Of a stretch of DNA of 64,000 bases, positions 1 through 9,382 are shown in pieces (the stretch's first letter is position 1; every line of letters starts with the position of its first letter). The position numbers and the translations under genes were made by a program. Origin of the DNA: a bacterium (GTDB lineage Bacteria; UBA8248); assembly GCA_965213625.1 (NCBI GenBank), contig CBDBZU010000004.1, forward strand, positions 832,001 to 896,000. Direction: 5' to 3'. A model generated the notes under the pieces. That model ran no database searches and had not been told where the DNA came from. It saw only the letters and a program-made list of their open reading frames with translations.

Positions 1-869
1 TCCAATTCGCCATAAACCTTCGAGTACGCGTACCCCGAATCCGCCGTCACCATCTCCGGCGCGCGGCCCGACAACTCGCTTACCGCCTCTATATGGGACG
101 CCATCATCTCACGCTCGTTCCGCGTCCCCTCCGTCACCGACACGTCGAGAACAACACCCCGCTCATCGTCCACCGCCGCGTGCTGCTTGTAGCTCGGCTC
201 GAACCCCGCCCGCGCGCTCTTGCGCGCAAGCCGCGCGTCCGGGTCCGTCCGGCTCACCCGACCCCCGCCACCGCGGCCTCCTCCCTTCTTCTCCCCCTCA
301 TCATCGACGGGATTCTCCCGAATCACCTTCTCCGCGTGGTGCGCCGCCAGACTCTCCCAGCTCACGTCCGCGCGTATCAACGAGGCGTCCACGTGCACCA
401 CTTCCCCCTTCGCCACATTCGCCTCCAGGCAAGCCTGCACCGTGCGACGGAATATCTCCTTGAACCGAGCCTCCCCCCACCGCTGACGAATCCGCGTCAG
501 GCTCGAATGATGCGGCAAATCCTCGTGCAGCCCGTACCCGATGAACCACCGGATCGCCAGGTGCGCACGCGCCTCGCGAAGCAGACGCCGGTCGTGTACG
601 TAGCCCAGCAACATACCCGCCAGCATCAGGCGCAACGCCACCTCCGGGTCGATCCCCGGTCGACCGTTATCCGCGCAATAGCAATCCGCCACCTCCGCGC
701 GAAGCCAACTCAAATCCAGTACGCGGTCCACGCGCATCAGGACGTGATCCTCGGGGATCAACCGTTCCAGCGAACCGGCCACGAACAAATCCATCTGCTC
801 GCGCCCCTTGCTGCCTATCATCTCGGGAACTCCCATCTCGGGCGAGATAGTGTCATTACACCCAATCAC
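1..869 (-). CDS. IS1182-family transposase, N-terminal part (runs off the window)
   Basis: Same frame and near-identical sequence to the 482-aa transposase at 22602-24050. Absent from the ORF track because its stop lies outside the window. Confidence 0.88.
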   Translation of the reverse strand, partial: MIGCNDTISPEMGVPEMIGSKGREQMDLFVAGSLERLIPEDHVLMRVDRVLDLSWLRAEVADCYCADNGRPGIDPEVALRLMLAGMLLGYVHDRRLLREARAHLAIRWFIGYGLHEDLPHHSSLTRIRQRWGEARFKEIFRRTVQACLEANVAKGEVVHVDASLIRADVSWESLAAHHAEKVIRENPVDDEGEKKGGGRGGGGRVSRTDPDARLARKSARAGFEPSYKQHAAVDDERGVVLDVSVTEGTRNEREMMASHIEAVSELSGRAPEMVTADSGYAYSKVYGEL

Positions 870-896
870 AATGCCGGGGGTTTTTCAACAGCCCCC
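1..896 (-). mobile_element. IS1182-family insertion sequence, copy 1 (truncated by window start; slightly diverged from copies 2 and 3)
   Basis: Collinear with 23182-24077 apart from scattered substitutions. Terminal IR TTTTTCAACAGCCCCC at 881-896 is followed by TCAA-GGGGGGAATG. Confidence 0.92.
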
Positions 897-1013
897 TCAA
901 GGGGGGAATGGACTTCAAATGCGCGCGCGAAACTCAAAGTCGCTTCCAGGGACTTTTCCACAGCCCAGAAGGCGCCGCATCACCAGTCTTGCGAGATCAC
1001 GCCCGGCCTAAAT

Positions 1014-1337
1014 TCAGCGCAGGCCTTTCACGTACCTCGCGACGTTATTGAGCGCCTCACCCTGGATATGGGGCAGGGCGGGCATTTTATTTTTGCCCCG
1101 CCTGATGACCTCTTTGATATAGGAGAGGGGAAGCGAGCGGCCGCGCAGGGGGTTTCCGAGTCCGCCTTTTCCTTCGCCCTGCGCGCCGTGACAGACAGCG
1201 CAGGCCTGCGTGTAGACCGCAGCGCCATCGCCCGTGGTGAGGAGCGTTTTTTCTTGCCTGGGGTTCTGGAAGATGAGCAGAAAGACGACGAACGCGCCGC
1301 CCAGGACGAGGAACGAGACGACGACCCACTTGCCCAA
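1014..1337 (-). CDS. Membrane-anchored monohaem c-type cytochrome
   Basis: N-terminal hydrophobic helix, CAVCH haem-binding motif, distal Met in KNKMP. Confidence 0.88.
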   Translation of the reverse strand: MGKWVVVSFLVLGGAFVVFLLIFQNPRQEKTLLTTGDGAAVYTQACAVCHGAQGEGKGGLGNPLRGRSLPLSYIKEVIRRGKNKMPALPHIQGEALNNVARYVKGLR

Positions 1338-1359
1338 GTCTGGAGGCGTCCCGAGCGCT

Positions 1360-2673
1360 TTATTCGTTTAGGGGGATCGGTCTATGGAGATAGGCCCGCG
1401 CATCGGCCCCCTCGTAATCCGAGACGAGGTGGCCGTTTCCCTCGAGTTGGTATTTATAGGTCACCAGGCCTTCGAGACCCACGGGGCCGCGCGCGTGAAT
1501 CTTGTCGGTGGCGATTCCCACCTCGGCGCCGAAACCGTAGCGGAAACCATCCGCCAGGCGCGTGGACGCGTTCCACATGACGCTGGCGGCGTCCACTCGG
1601 GAAAGAAACGTCCGCGCCGCCGACTCATCCGCCGTGACGATGGCGTCGGTGTGGCGCGAGCCGTAGCGGTTGATGTGATCGACGGCCTCTCCGAGTGATT
1701 CCACCACCCGCACGGAGAGGATCAAGTCCAGATACTCCGTCTCCCAGTCTTCCTCGGTTGCCGCACCCGCGCTCTCGAGAATGGCCCGCGTGGCGTCGCA
1801 GCCCCGGATGGCGACTCCCTTCTCCGCAAGCGCCTCGGCGGCCAGGGGGAGGAATACGCCCGCTTTTTTCTCGTGCACCAGGAGCGTCTCGATGGCGTTG
1901 CAGACGGCGGGGTACTGCGTCTTGGCGTCGAACGTAAGGCGCACGGCCATTTCGGTGTCCGCCGCCTCGTCGACGTAGAGGTGACAGATACCGTCCGCAT
2001 GGCCGAGCACCGGGATGTTCGAATGCTCCTTGATGTAGCGGACGAACTCGTTGCTTCCGCGCGGAATGAGCAGGTCGACCGCATCGTCGCGCGAGAGGAG
2101 CGCCTGTACGTCCTCGCGGGCCTCGACGAGTTGAAGCGCGTCGGCGGGCGCATCGCCGGAAGAAGCCGCCGCGTCTCTTAAAAGCCCGGACATCAGGCGG
2201 TTCGTGTGCGCAGCCTCACGGCCACCCTTCAATATGGCGGCGTTGCCGGATTTGAGACAAAGCGAGGCGATCTGCACGAGCGCGTCGGGCCTCGATTCAA
2301 ACACGGCGGCAATGACGCCCAAAGGACAGGTGACCCGCCTTAACGTCAGCTCCTCATCGAGCAGCGTCGCCATGCGCGCCACGCCCAGCGGATCAGGAAG
2401 CGCGGCCACGGCTCGCACGCCGTCCGCCATCTGCGCAATCTTGCGCTCGCTCAGTTCCAGGCGTCTCAGCAAAGGCTCGGACATCTCCCCGCTCGCAACG
2501 AGCGGTTCCGCAGCTTTCACGTCTTCGGCGTTCGCCTCGAGAATCCGCGCTACATTCTCGTCAATCGCGTCCGCCATCGCTGCCAAGGCGCGATTCCGGA
2601 CCTCATTCGAGAGTGGCGCCAGTGCGAGCGCAGCGCTCCTCGCCGCAAGGCATATGGCGTCGATATCGCTCAA
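1360..2673 (-). CDS. proA: Gamma-glutamyl phosphate reductase
   Basis: PLGVIAAVFESRP, LKGGREA, catalytic VCNAIETLLVH, NASTRLADGFRYGFGAEVGI, HARGPVGL. Confidence 0.97.
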   Translation of the reverse strand: MSDIDAICLAARSAALALAPLSNEVRNRALAAMADAIDENVARILEANAEDVKAAEPLVASGEMSEPLLRRLELSERKIAQMADGVRAVAALPDPLGVARMATLLDEELTLRRVTCPLGVIAAVFESRPDALVQIASLCLKSGNAAILKGGREAAHTNRLMSGLLRDAAASSGDAPADALQLVEAREDVQALLSRDDAVDLLIPRGSNEFVRYIKEHSNIPVLGHADGICHLYVDEAADTEMAVRLTFDAKTQYPAVCNAIETLLVHEKKAGVFLPLAAEALAEKGVAIRGCDATRAILESAGAATEEDWETEYLDLILSVRVVESLGEAVDHINRYGSRHTDAIVTADESAARTFLSRVDAASVMWNASTRLADGFRYGFGAEVGIATDKIHARGPVGLEGLVTYKYQLEGNGHLVSDYEGADARAYLHRPIPLNE

Positions 2674-2746
2674 GTCGAATCTCCCTCATCAGTTCTCGAA
2701 AACCAGCGGTGGATTATAGGCCGAGGCGGAAACACCGGCAAACGAT

Positions 2747-3643
2747 TCAGACTTTTCTCTTCTTCCATTCTTCAAAACGCCGCTCGACGTAGTCGATGAT
2801 GACGAGCGCCACCTCGGGTCCGCCTGCGCGCTCCACGCCCTCGAAGCCGGGTGCGGCGTTCACCTCCAGAACCAAGGGGCCTCTTTTTGTCTCGAGCAAA
2901 TCCACGCCTGCGATTTCGAGACCGCACAGCCTCACGGCGCTTTTGGCGAGTTCAGAGGCCCGCCGGGTGGGGGAGGCTTTTTTTACCGTACCGCCCCGAT
3001 GCAGGTTCGTGCGAAACTCACCCCGCGAGGCGCGCCTCCGCACGGCGGCAACCACTTCGCCGCCCACGACGATGATCCGCAAATCCCCCTTCCTGGCATC
3101 TTCGACGTATTCCTGAACGATGGCGTCGCGCTGCAAGTTCCACATCACCTCGGAGATGGCCTGCGCTTCTTCGACGTCGTGGGCGCGCATGACGCCCTTC
3201 CCCTGCGTGCCGCGCGGCAGCTTCATGACAACGGGCGCGCCGCCCACGCTCTCGAGAGCAGCGCGAAGATACGCCGGGTCGGGCGCGAACGCCGTCCTGG
3301 GCACAGGCAGTCCTTCTTGCGCGAGAAGCTGTAAGGTGCGGAGTTTGTCACGGGCCACTTCGATTGCGGCTGAGCCGTTGATAACCAATGCGCCGGAGGC
3401 TTCCAGGTGGCGGATTAAGGCGAGTGAATGCTCGGATATGTTCGCCCCCAGACGCGGCAGAAAAACGTCTGCCCCCGAAAATGGCTTGCCCCTGAAATTG
3501 AGTGTTATCTCCCCCTCGTCCAGTTTCAGCAGAAACCGGTACGGATCGAGCACGCGCACGCTGTGCTTCCTGCGCCTCGCGTTCTCTGAAATTCTACGCA
3601 CGCCGTGTAAGGTCGCATCGCGACACAGGATTCCGATTTTCAC
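2747..3643 (-). CDS. rimK: RimK-family ATP-grasp alpha-L-glutamate ligase
   Basis: ARDKLRTLQLL, GTQGKGV, DLRIIVVG, EFRTNLHRGG, LEVNAAPGFEG. Confidence 0.85.
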   Translation of the reverse strand: MKIGILCRDATLHGVRRISENARRRKHSVRVLDPYRFLLKLDEGEITLNFRGKPFSGADVFLPRLGANISEHSLALIRHLEASGALVINGSAAIEVARDKLRTLQLLAQEGLPVPRTAFAPDPAYLRAALESVGGAPVVMKLPRGTQGKGVMRAHDVEEAQAISEVMWNLQRDAIVQEYVEDARKGDLRIIVVGGEVVAAVRRRASRGEFRTNLHRGGTVKKASPTRRASELAKSAVRLCGLEIAGVDLLETKRGPLVLEVNAAPGFEGVERAGGPEVALVIIDYVERRFEEWKKRKV

Positions 3644-3825
3644 CTTTCACTCCTGACGCAAATAACGGATGAGGCGAGATTCTACCATCCGGGCGATTGC
3701 ATCGGAACGACTTTTGAGAGGTAAAGTGAGGATTCCCCTCCCGGTGGCCCCTTGCTGGATAGCGTGGGCCACCGAGGGGGAGGTATGTAGGGCGCGGCCC
3801 AATGGTTGGGCCACGGCAGGAATTT

Positions 3826-4296
3826 CTATGCGGCTCTTTGGAGAGCCTCTTGCTGTTTCGCCAGTCCCTGAACCAACAGGACGTGGGCTTTCACTTTCTT
3901 CGCGAGACGCGGGGCGATGTGCGACAGCCCGATGCGCCGCCTCAGCCATCCGCCATCTCCGGCGCCGAGCAGGATGAGGTCGGCGTCCAGTTCTTCCGCC
4001 GCCTGAACGATTTCATTCAGCGGAGCGCCGTTGGTCACGGAAACCTCGACGCGCAGACCCCGGTCTCTCAGCATCCGACGCAAGGGCTCGAGATACGCAT
4101 CGCCGAACCTGGCGCGCGCATCCTGAATCTGATCGGCGTACACCGTGTAGCCTTCCAGTTGCCTCGACTGCATGACGCCGCTTTCCACCAGTTGCAGATG
4201 AACGATTTGCGGGTTCATCGAGAGGTGAACCACCTCATGCACGGCGGCTTCCGCCTCTTCCGAACCGTCCAAGGGAATCAATATTCGCTCGTACAT
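3826..4296 (-). CDS. Universal stress protein (UspA family)
   Basis: MYERILIPLDGSEEA, G-x-P-x-x-EI, ADLILLG. RBS GGAGAG precedes the ATG at 4296. C-terminus is LQRAA. Confidence 0.9.
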   Translation of the reverse strand: MYERILIPLDGSEEAEAAVHEVVHLSMNPQIVHLQLVESGVMQSRQLEGYTVYADQIQDARARFGDAYLEPLRRMLRDRGLRVEVSVTNGAPLNEIVQAAEELDADLILLGAGDGGWLRRRIGLSHIAPRLAKKVKAHVLLVQGLAKQQEALQRAA

Positions 4297-4333
4297 TGTT
4301 TCTCTCCGTTTCCTGAATTCCTGAGCCACGTCT

Positions 4334-4534
4334 CTAGGCGGCTTTCCGCAATTCCGATTCCGGGTTGATGGCGTCCAACAGTTTCGTTTCGACCAGGGCT
4401 ATCCTGGCGTCATTCGTCTGCGCTGCTTTCGCCTGAGGCTGATGGATGATGCTGGAGGTCATAAACCACCAAATCGCGGCGAATACGAACAAAACCGGAA
4501 ACCCCGCCACTGCGTACATCTTGATAAATTCCAT
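4334..4534 (-). CDS. 66-aa single-TM microprotein, paralogue A
   Basis: AGGAGG RBS, MEFIKM..., hydrophobic FPVLFVFAAIWWF, ends LRKAA. Has a same-length paralogue at 4951-5151. Confidence 0.75.
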   Translation of the reverse strand: MEFIKMYAVAGFPVLFVFAAIWWFMTSSIIHQPQAKAAQTNDARIALVETKLLDAINPESELRKAA

Positions 4535-4591
4535 CTCGAGCCTCCTTTCCCTCATACTGCGGTACTCAGGAAACTACTTTCTCTATATATA

Positions 4592-4608
4592 AGCAATAAT
4601 CGTGCCAA
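4592..4608 (-). promoter_or_regulatory. sigma54 (-24/-12) promoter
   Basis: Minus strand reads TTGGCACG-ATTA-TTGCT, matching the RpoN consensus with correct GG-N10-GC spacing, about 60 bp upstream of microprotein A. Confidence 0.85.
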
Positions 4609-4950
4609 ATATGGATATTTTCAGAAACCAGCTAACTTACAAGGCTTTACAACGGAATATGGTTTGCGGGATGAATTAAATTATGGCCCAATAAATACGA
4701 TATGTCGTAATTTTACTGATTGTCGCTGACTTTTTGTCCGAAACGAGATGGCGAATCAAGCCTGGAGACTTTCCCGAAACAGAGAAGGTCCACCAAAGCT
4801 GACATGACAGGGCAAGAGGAGAACTGCGAGGGATCGTTCGTTCGGGCGGCAAGCCCAAAGCGGCTATTGCTTCTTGTGCGCCATCCAAGTCGGCTCCCCT
4901 AACGCCCGCAGGTTCTATCCAATCGTTACCTGAACGGGCAACCCATGTTT

Positions 4951-5151
4951 CTAGGCGGCTTTGCGCAAATTCGACTGCCGCACATCGGCGTTCGACCGCT
5001 TCGGTCCGGCTTGGTGCTTCTCGATATCATTGACGCGGGAGGCGCTCCTGATGGAACTCGCCAGAACGTAGATAGTCAAGAACCACCAAATCGCGACGAA
5101 TGCGATGAATACGGGAAGGGCCGGCATGAAATATGTGATAAGAAATTCCAT
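4951..5151 (-). CDS. 66-aa single-TM microprotein, paralogue B
   Basis: MEFLITYFMPALPVFIAFVAIWWFLT..., ends LRKAA. Purine-rich RBS. Confidence 0.72.
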   Translation of the reverse strand: MEFLITYFMPALPVFIAFVAIWWFLTIYVLASSIRSASRVNDIEKHQAGPKRSNADVRQSNLRKAA

Positions 5152-5208
5152 CTCTTCCCTCCTTTCCTTCATGCTGCGAAACCCAAGCGGCTCTTCCACT
5201 CTTTATGA

Positions 5209-5225
5209 AGCAAAATACGCGCCAA
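5209..5225 (-). promoter_or_regulatory. sigma54 (-24/-12) promoter
   Basis: Minus strand reads TTGGCGCG-TATT-TTGCT, at the same distance from the ATG as in cassette A. Confidence 0.8.
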
Positions 5226-5445
5226 ATGTGGAAAATCCACGAACCGACATGCTCTCAATAAGTTATGTAATTACCTACCTGAAAAGAACCTGGGGAATAA
5301 ACTTAGAAAAAACCATATATCGTGATTCGGCCGCTAATCACTGACTTTTTGGCGTGTTCATACACTGAACGACGAAGCTACGGAGAGAGAATTTTTTTGG
5401 AACTGAACCGTCAACCCCGGCAAATCCTCAAAACCATTCTTTACC

Positions 5446-5591
5446 GGGGGTGTTGAGAAAGCCCCCCTGAGGAGGGGCTGTTGCAAATGCCTCGCTTCGC
5501 TTGAGATTGACCTTCGCTTTTGCTCGTCATTCCGGCTTTCGCCGGAATGACGGTGGTTTTTCTGCATCGAGGGGCTTTTTCAAACAACCCC
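5446..5591. mobile_element. MITE-like remnant with IS1182-type ends enclosing a REP palindrome
   Basis: GGGGGTGTTGAGAAA and AGGGGCTGTTGCAAA on the left, TTTTTCAAACAACCCC on the right. Internal CGTCATTCCGGC-TTTC-GCCGGAATGACG at 5525-5552. Confidence 0.6.
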
Positions 5592-5614
5592 ATTCAGCGC
5601 CCGAACGCCTCGTC

Positions 5615-6271
5615 TCAACCCTTCAGACGGTTGAAGAAATAGCCCGCGCAAAGGCCCAGAACGACCCAGAAGGCGGCCGAAGCCACGAGCGCGGTGAGGA
5701 TGAACCTCTCGAGAAGCGCCCGGGGAACCATTCCGCCCCCCGATTCGGGGTGGGGAGCGCCGAGGAGGTGCGGCAAGACGATGAGGACGACGCCCAGCGC
5801 CTTGAAGGCTGCTCCCGGCTTGAAGGCCAACAGGGCGAGGCCCGCCGCCGTGGCCGCCACGGTGAGAATCCACCAAAACTGCCTGTGCGGCAGAGGGGCC
5901 GCGTCGACACCGGGGAGTTCGGGCGGCAAACCCACTACGGGTGCTAGAGAGAAGACGATGAATCCGCCCACGCCCCAGAGGAATCCCCGCCGCCAGTCCA
6001 CGTTTCCGTGAAGGGCGAAACAACCAACGAGCAAAAGCGCAAAGCCAATCGCCGATATGACGTTCGATACCAGGGTGAGCGCCAGACGCGAGAAGTCCCC
6101 TCCCTCATCCGCGTGGTCTTCGTGGGTTTGAGGGAGGGGGATGGGCTCTCGCTTCTCGTACTTTTCGGCTTCAACTATCAGGGGGATGACTTGAGTCGAC
6201 TGGACGGCGGTGGCGAAAAGCCCCGCTATCACGCCCGAGACGACGGCTGCGAAAAAGATTCTCTGGAACAT
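5615..6271 (-). CDS. cbtA: CbtA-family probable cobalt transporter subunit
   Basis: MFQRIFFAAVVSG..PLIVEAEKYE, GLPPELPG..APL..RQFWW, PHLLGAP; multiple TM helices. Confidence 0.88.
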   Translation of the reverse strand: MFQRIFFAAVVSGVIAGLFATAVQSTQVIPLIVEAEKYEKREPIPLPQTHEDHADEGGDFSRLALTLVSNVISAIGFALLLVGCFALHGNVDWRRGFLWGVGGFIVFSLAPVVGLPPELPGVDAAPLPHRQFWWILTVAATAAGLALLAFKPGAAFKALGVVLIVLPHLLGAPHPESGGGMVPRALLERFILTALVASAAFWVVLGLCAGYFFNRLKG

Positions 6272-6300
6272 GCCCGACCGCCCCCCGGCGCACCGCCTTT

Positions 6301-6684
6301 TTACTTCATCTCCATCATCTCGACGACGACGCCGTCGGGGCCTTCCACGTAGGCGAAATAGAGCTCATCCGCCTCTCCTTCGGCGACCACGTTCCCGCCG
6401 TTCGCGCGCACCTCGGCGACCGCATCGGCGAGCTTGCCTTCCACGCAATAGGCATAGTGATCGATGCTGTAGCGCGGCCAGCCGCCCGGCCCGGCTGCTA
6501 ATTCTTCGCCGTCGCGTTTGCCGCGAATGATGATGCTCGCGCCGTGCACGTCGAGATAGACCTGCGGCGCGCCGCCCCTGTCGATGCGGTTAGTCTCGGT
6601 CGCTCCGAAAACGTTCACGTAGAAGGCTACCGCCTCGTCCACGTCCGTGTGTACGCAATGAATGTGATCAAACGTCAGTTTCAT
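6301..6684 (-). CDS. VOC/glyoxalase-family protein
   Basis: FDHIH..DVDEAVAFY..VFG, IDHYAY, YVEGPDGVVVEM. Confidence 0.88.
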   Translation of the reverse strand: MKLTFDHIHCVHTDVDEAVAFYVNVFGATETNRIDRGGAPQVYLDVHGASIIIRGKRDGEELAAGPGGWPRYSIDHYAYCVEGKLADAVAEVRANGGNVVAEGEADELYFAYVEGPDGVVVEMMEMK

Positions 6685-6739
6685 CTTGTTTCATCTCCTG
6701 TCGGTTATGGATCGAAAAAGCCTGTGCGTTTCTTTTACC

Positions 6740-7180
6740 TCAAACCGCCGGGTCCACCCAGTTGAGTTCGAGCAGATTACCGTCGGGGTCCTTGAAAAAA
6801 ATCGTCTTCCGCTCGGGAACGCGGGACAGGATATCCGAGAGCAACTCCACGCCCGCGTCGCGCAGATGCGCCACGGCCGCCTCCATGTCCTTCACCCAGA
6901 AGGTGAGATAGCGAAACCCGGCCGCCGAATCAGCGAGCGCATCGCCCGGGCCGTCGGGACTTTCTGTAAATTCGAGCAGCTTGATCAGCACCTCGCCCGA
7001 TTTCAGCGCGTGGAGCTTCACGCCGTCCCCGGCGAAGCCCGCCGCGCGGACGAAATCGCCCGGCACGTCGACCACCGCCGCTTCCTCGAGCCCCAGCACT
7101 TCGGTGTAGAACTTTTTCATCGCGGCGATGTTTCTCGTGGTAAGCCCCACGTCCACGCCGCCGCGCGTCGTCTCGAACAT
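6740..7180 (-). CDS. VOC/glyoxalase-family protein
   Basis: KKFYTEVLG, GFRYLTFWV, FFKDPDGNLLEL. Start reassigned to MFETT on the basis of a GGAGGG RBS. Confidence 0.87.
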   Translation of the reverse strand: MFETTRGGVDVGLTTRNIAAMKKFYTEVLGLEEAAVVDVPGDFVRAAGFAGDGVKLHALKSGEVLIKLLEFTESPDGPGDALADSAAGFRYLTFWVKDMEAAVAHLRDAGVELLSDILSRVPERKTIFFKDPDGNLLELNWVDPAV

Positions 7181-7386
7181 TATTCCCTCCTTAAGGGCGC
7201 AAAGAGAATAAGGAGCCGACCCCCTCATCCCGATTGCGCGAAGCGAGCAATGAAGATACATTATTTCCCCATAAAGAGAAAATCTACCGGAAGGCGGGCG
7301 CCGCTCGAACGTGAACAATCCATGAGGGGCTGCTCGCAGCGCCGGGCGATTTTATCGCGTAGGGCGCGTAAAGAACGGGACCAGAT

Positions 7387-7863
7387 ATGCGCAAGGCCGA
7401 TCTGATAACGGGCGTCGCTTTTCTCGTGTTCACCGTCGTCGCTTTTGCGTATCTCATCCCTTACCAGATCGTCTCCTCCATTCCCATCGACGAGTCCACG
7501 CCCGCCGTGCTGCGGCCCGAGTTCTTCCCGCAGTTCACCATGGTGCTGTTCGCCATCACCTGCGTGCTGATGATGGGCGCCGCGCTCAAGAACTTATCGG
7601 GCGAGCGGTTGTGGGACGACGCGAAAGGCTCGCTCACCCGGGTCTGCGCCGTCCTCGCCCTGACATTCCTCTTCGTGCAGGCGCTCAAGCTGCTGGGCTT
7701 CGCCTACACGTCGCCGTTTTTCATGGCCGCCATCATCTACATGCTCGGCATCAGGGACTGGCGCCTGCTCGTATCGACCGCCATCCTGTTCCCGCTGTTC
7801 CTGACGTATTTCTTCTGGTACAGCTTCCAGGTCGTCCTGCCCGAGGGGAGCCTGTTCCCGTGA
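7387..7863 (+). CDS. tctB: Tripartite tricarboxylate transporter small permease
   Basis: 4-5 TM helices, PEFFP, C-terminal LPEG, directly upstream of tctA. Confidence 0.85.
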   Translation: MRKADLITGVAFLVFTVVAFAYLIPYQIVSSIPIDESTPAVLRPEFFPQFTMVLFAITCVLMMGAALKNLSGERLWDDAKGSLTRVCAVLALTFLFVQALKLLGFAYTSPFFMAAIIYMLGIRDWRLLVSTAILFPLFLTYFFWYSFQVVLPEGSLFP

Positions 7864-9356
7864 TCGAACAAATCCTCGAAGGCATATCGATCGCGTTCAC
7901 CTTCCAGGCGATTGGCATGGTGGCGATAGGCGTTTTCGCAGGGATAACCGTGGGCGCGATTCCCGGCTTGACCGGCGTGATGGCGACGGCGATCCTCGTG
8001 CCGTTTTCGTTCTTCATGGCGCCCACGCTGGGCATCCCATTCCTGTTGGGCGTGCACAAGGGCGCGCTCTTCGGCGGCTCGATTCCGGCGATCCTCGTCA
8101 ACACGCCCGGAACGCCGCCCGCGGCGGCCACCTGCCTCGACGGATACCCACTCGCCCAGAAGGGCGAGGCGAAAAGCGCGATCCAGATGGCGCTCTACTC
8201 CTCCACCCTGGGTGATACGTTCAGCGACATCGCGCTCATCGTCGCGGCCATCCCGCTCGCGGCGATGGCGCTCAAGTTCGGGCCGGCGGATTTCTTCGGC
8301 CTGCTCGTCATGGGACTCACCGTCATATCGAGCGTCACCGGCGCATCGGTCTCGAAGGGCATCCTCTCCGCCCTCATCGGGCTGATGTTCGGCCTGGTGG
8401 GGCTGGACGCCATCTCGGGGGCGGAGCGATTCACCTTCAGCCTGCCCACGCTCGAGGGCGGCATCGGCCTCGTGCCCCTGCTCATCGGCCTGTTCGCGGT
8501 GAGCGAGGTGCTCATCCAGGTGGAGAAGAAGGTATCCCAACTCGCCGAAAAGCCGCCGACCTCCCACTTAAGGGGCGGGCGCTCGCTCAAGATGGAGGAG
8601 TTCACCGCTTCGGGCCGGACGATCTTCCGCTCCTCCATCATCGGCACCATAGTCGGCGCGATTCCGGGGACGGGCTCTTCCATCGCCACCTTCATCGGCT
8701 ACGGCGCGGCGAAGCGGGCTTCTAAAAAACCCGAGGAATTCGGCCACGGCAGCTACGAGGGCGTGGCGGCGGCGGAGGCGGCCAACAGCGCCGTGGCGGG
8801 AGCGGACCTCATCCCCACCCTCACGCTGGGCATACCCGGCGGGGGGACGGCGGCCATCCTGATGGGGGCGTTCATCGCCCAGGGCTTAAGGCCAGGACCG
8901 TCCCTGTTCGAGGAAAACGCCACGACGATGTACGCCATCTTCGCCCTGTTGCTGATTGGAAACCCCATCATGCTCGTCCAGGGCTGGCTGCTCACGGGCA
9001 TTTTCGCCTGGGTGGTCACCATCCGGCAGTCGCTTCTGCTGCCGTGCATCATCATGTTCTGCGTGGTGGGAGGCTACATCTTCCAGAACAACCTGGGCGA
9101 CGTGGAACTCTCGCTCATCGCGGGCGTGTTCGGCTACCTTCTCCGGAAGATGAACTACCCGCTCGCGCCGCTTGTCATCGCCTACATCATCACGCCGATG
9201 GCGGAACGCTCCTTCAAGCAGGCTCTGCTGCTCTCGCAAGGCGATTACTCGGTGTTCTTCACGCGCCCGATATCGCTGTTCTTCATTCTCTTGGCCGCAC
9301 TGATTCTTTTCATGAGCATCTGGAAGCGGCCCTGGGCGACGCCCGGGGGCGAATAG
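7860..9356 (+). CDS. tctA: Tripartite tricarboxylate transporter large permease
   Basis: GAIPGLT, GGSIPAILVNTPGTP, EAANSA, PTLTLGIPG. GTG start overlaps the tctB stop. Confidence 0.93.
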   Translation: MIEQILEGISIAFTFQAIGMVAIGVFAGITVGAIPGLTGVMATAILVPFSFFMAPTLGIPFLLGVHKGALFGGSIPAILVNTPGTPPAAATCLDGYPLAQKGEAKSAIQMALYSSTLGDTFSDIALIVAAIPLAAMALKFGPADFFGLLVMGLTVISSVTGASVSKGILSALIGLMFGLVGLDAISGAERFTFSLPTLEGGIGLVPLLIGLFAVSEVLIQVEKKVSQLAEKPPTSHLRGGRSLKMEEFTASGRTIFRSSIIGTIVGAIPGTGSSIATFIGYGAAKRASKKPEEFGHGSYEGVAAAEAANSAVAGADLIPTLTLGIPGGGTAAILMGAFIAQGLRPGPSLFEENATTMYAIFALLLIGNPIMLVQGWLLTGIFAWVVTIRQSLLLPCIIMFCVVGGYIFQNNLGDVELSLIAGVFGYLLRKMNYPLAPLVIAYIITPMAERSFKQALLLSQGDYSVFFTRPISLFFILLAALILFMSIWKRPWATPGGE

Positions 9357-9382
9357 ATGCCTACCCAAAAAGGAGACCGGAC

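Noticed and set aside
93-1580. 495-aa plus-strand ORF, and similar ORFs at 11016-12254 and 22455-23885
   Set aside because: These are antisense shadows of the GC-rich transposase, with no recognisable motifs.
6272-6300. cbtB gene or cobalamin riboswitch upstream of cbtA
   Set aside because: Only 29 bp separate cbtA from the upstream VOC gene.
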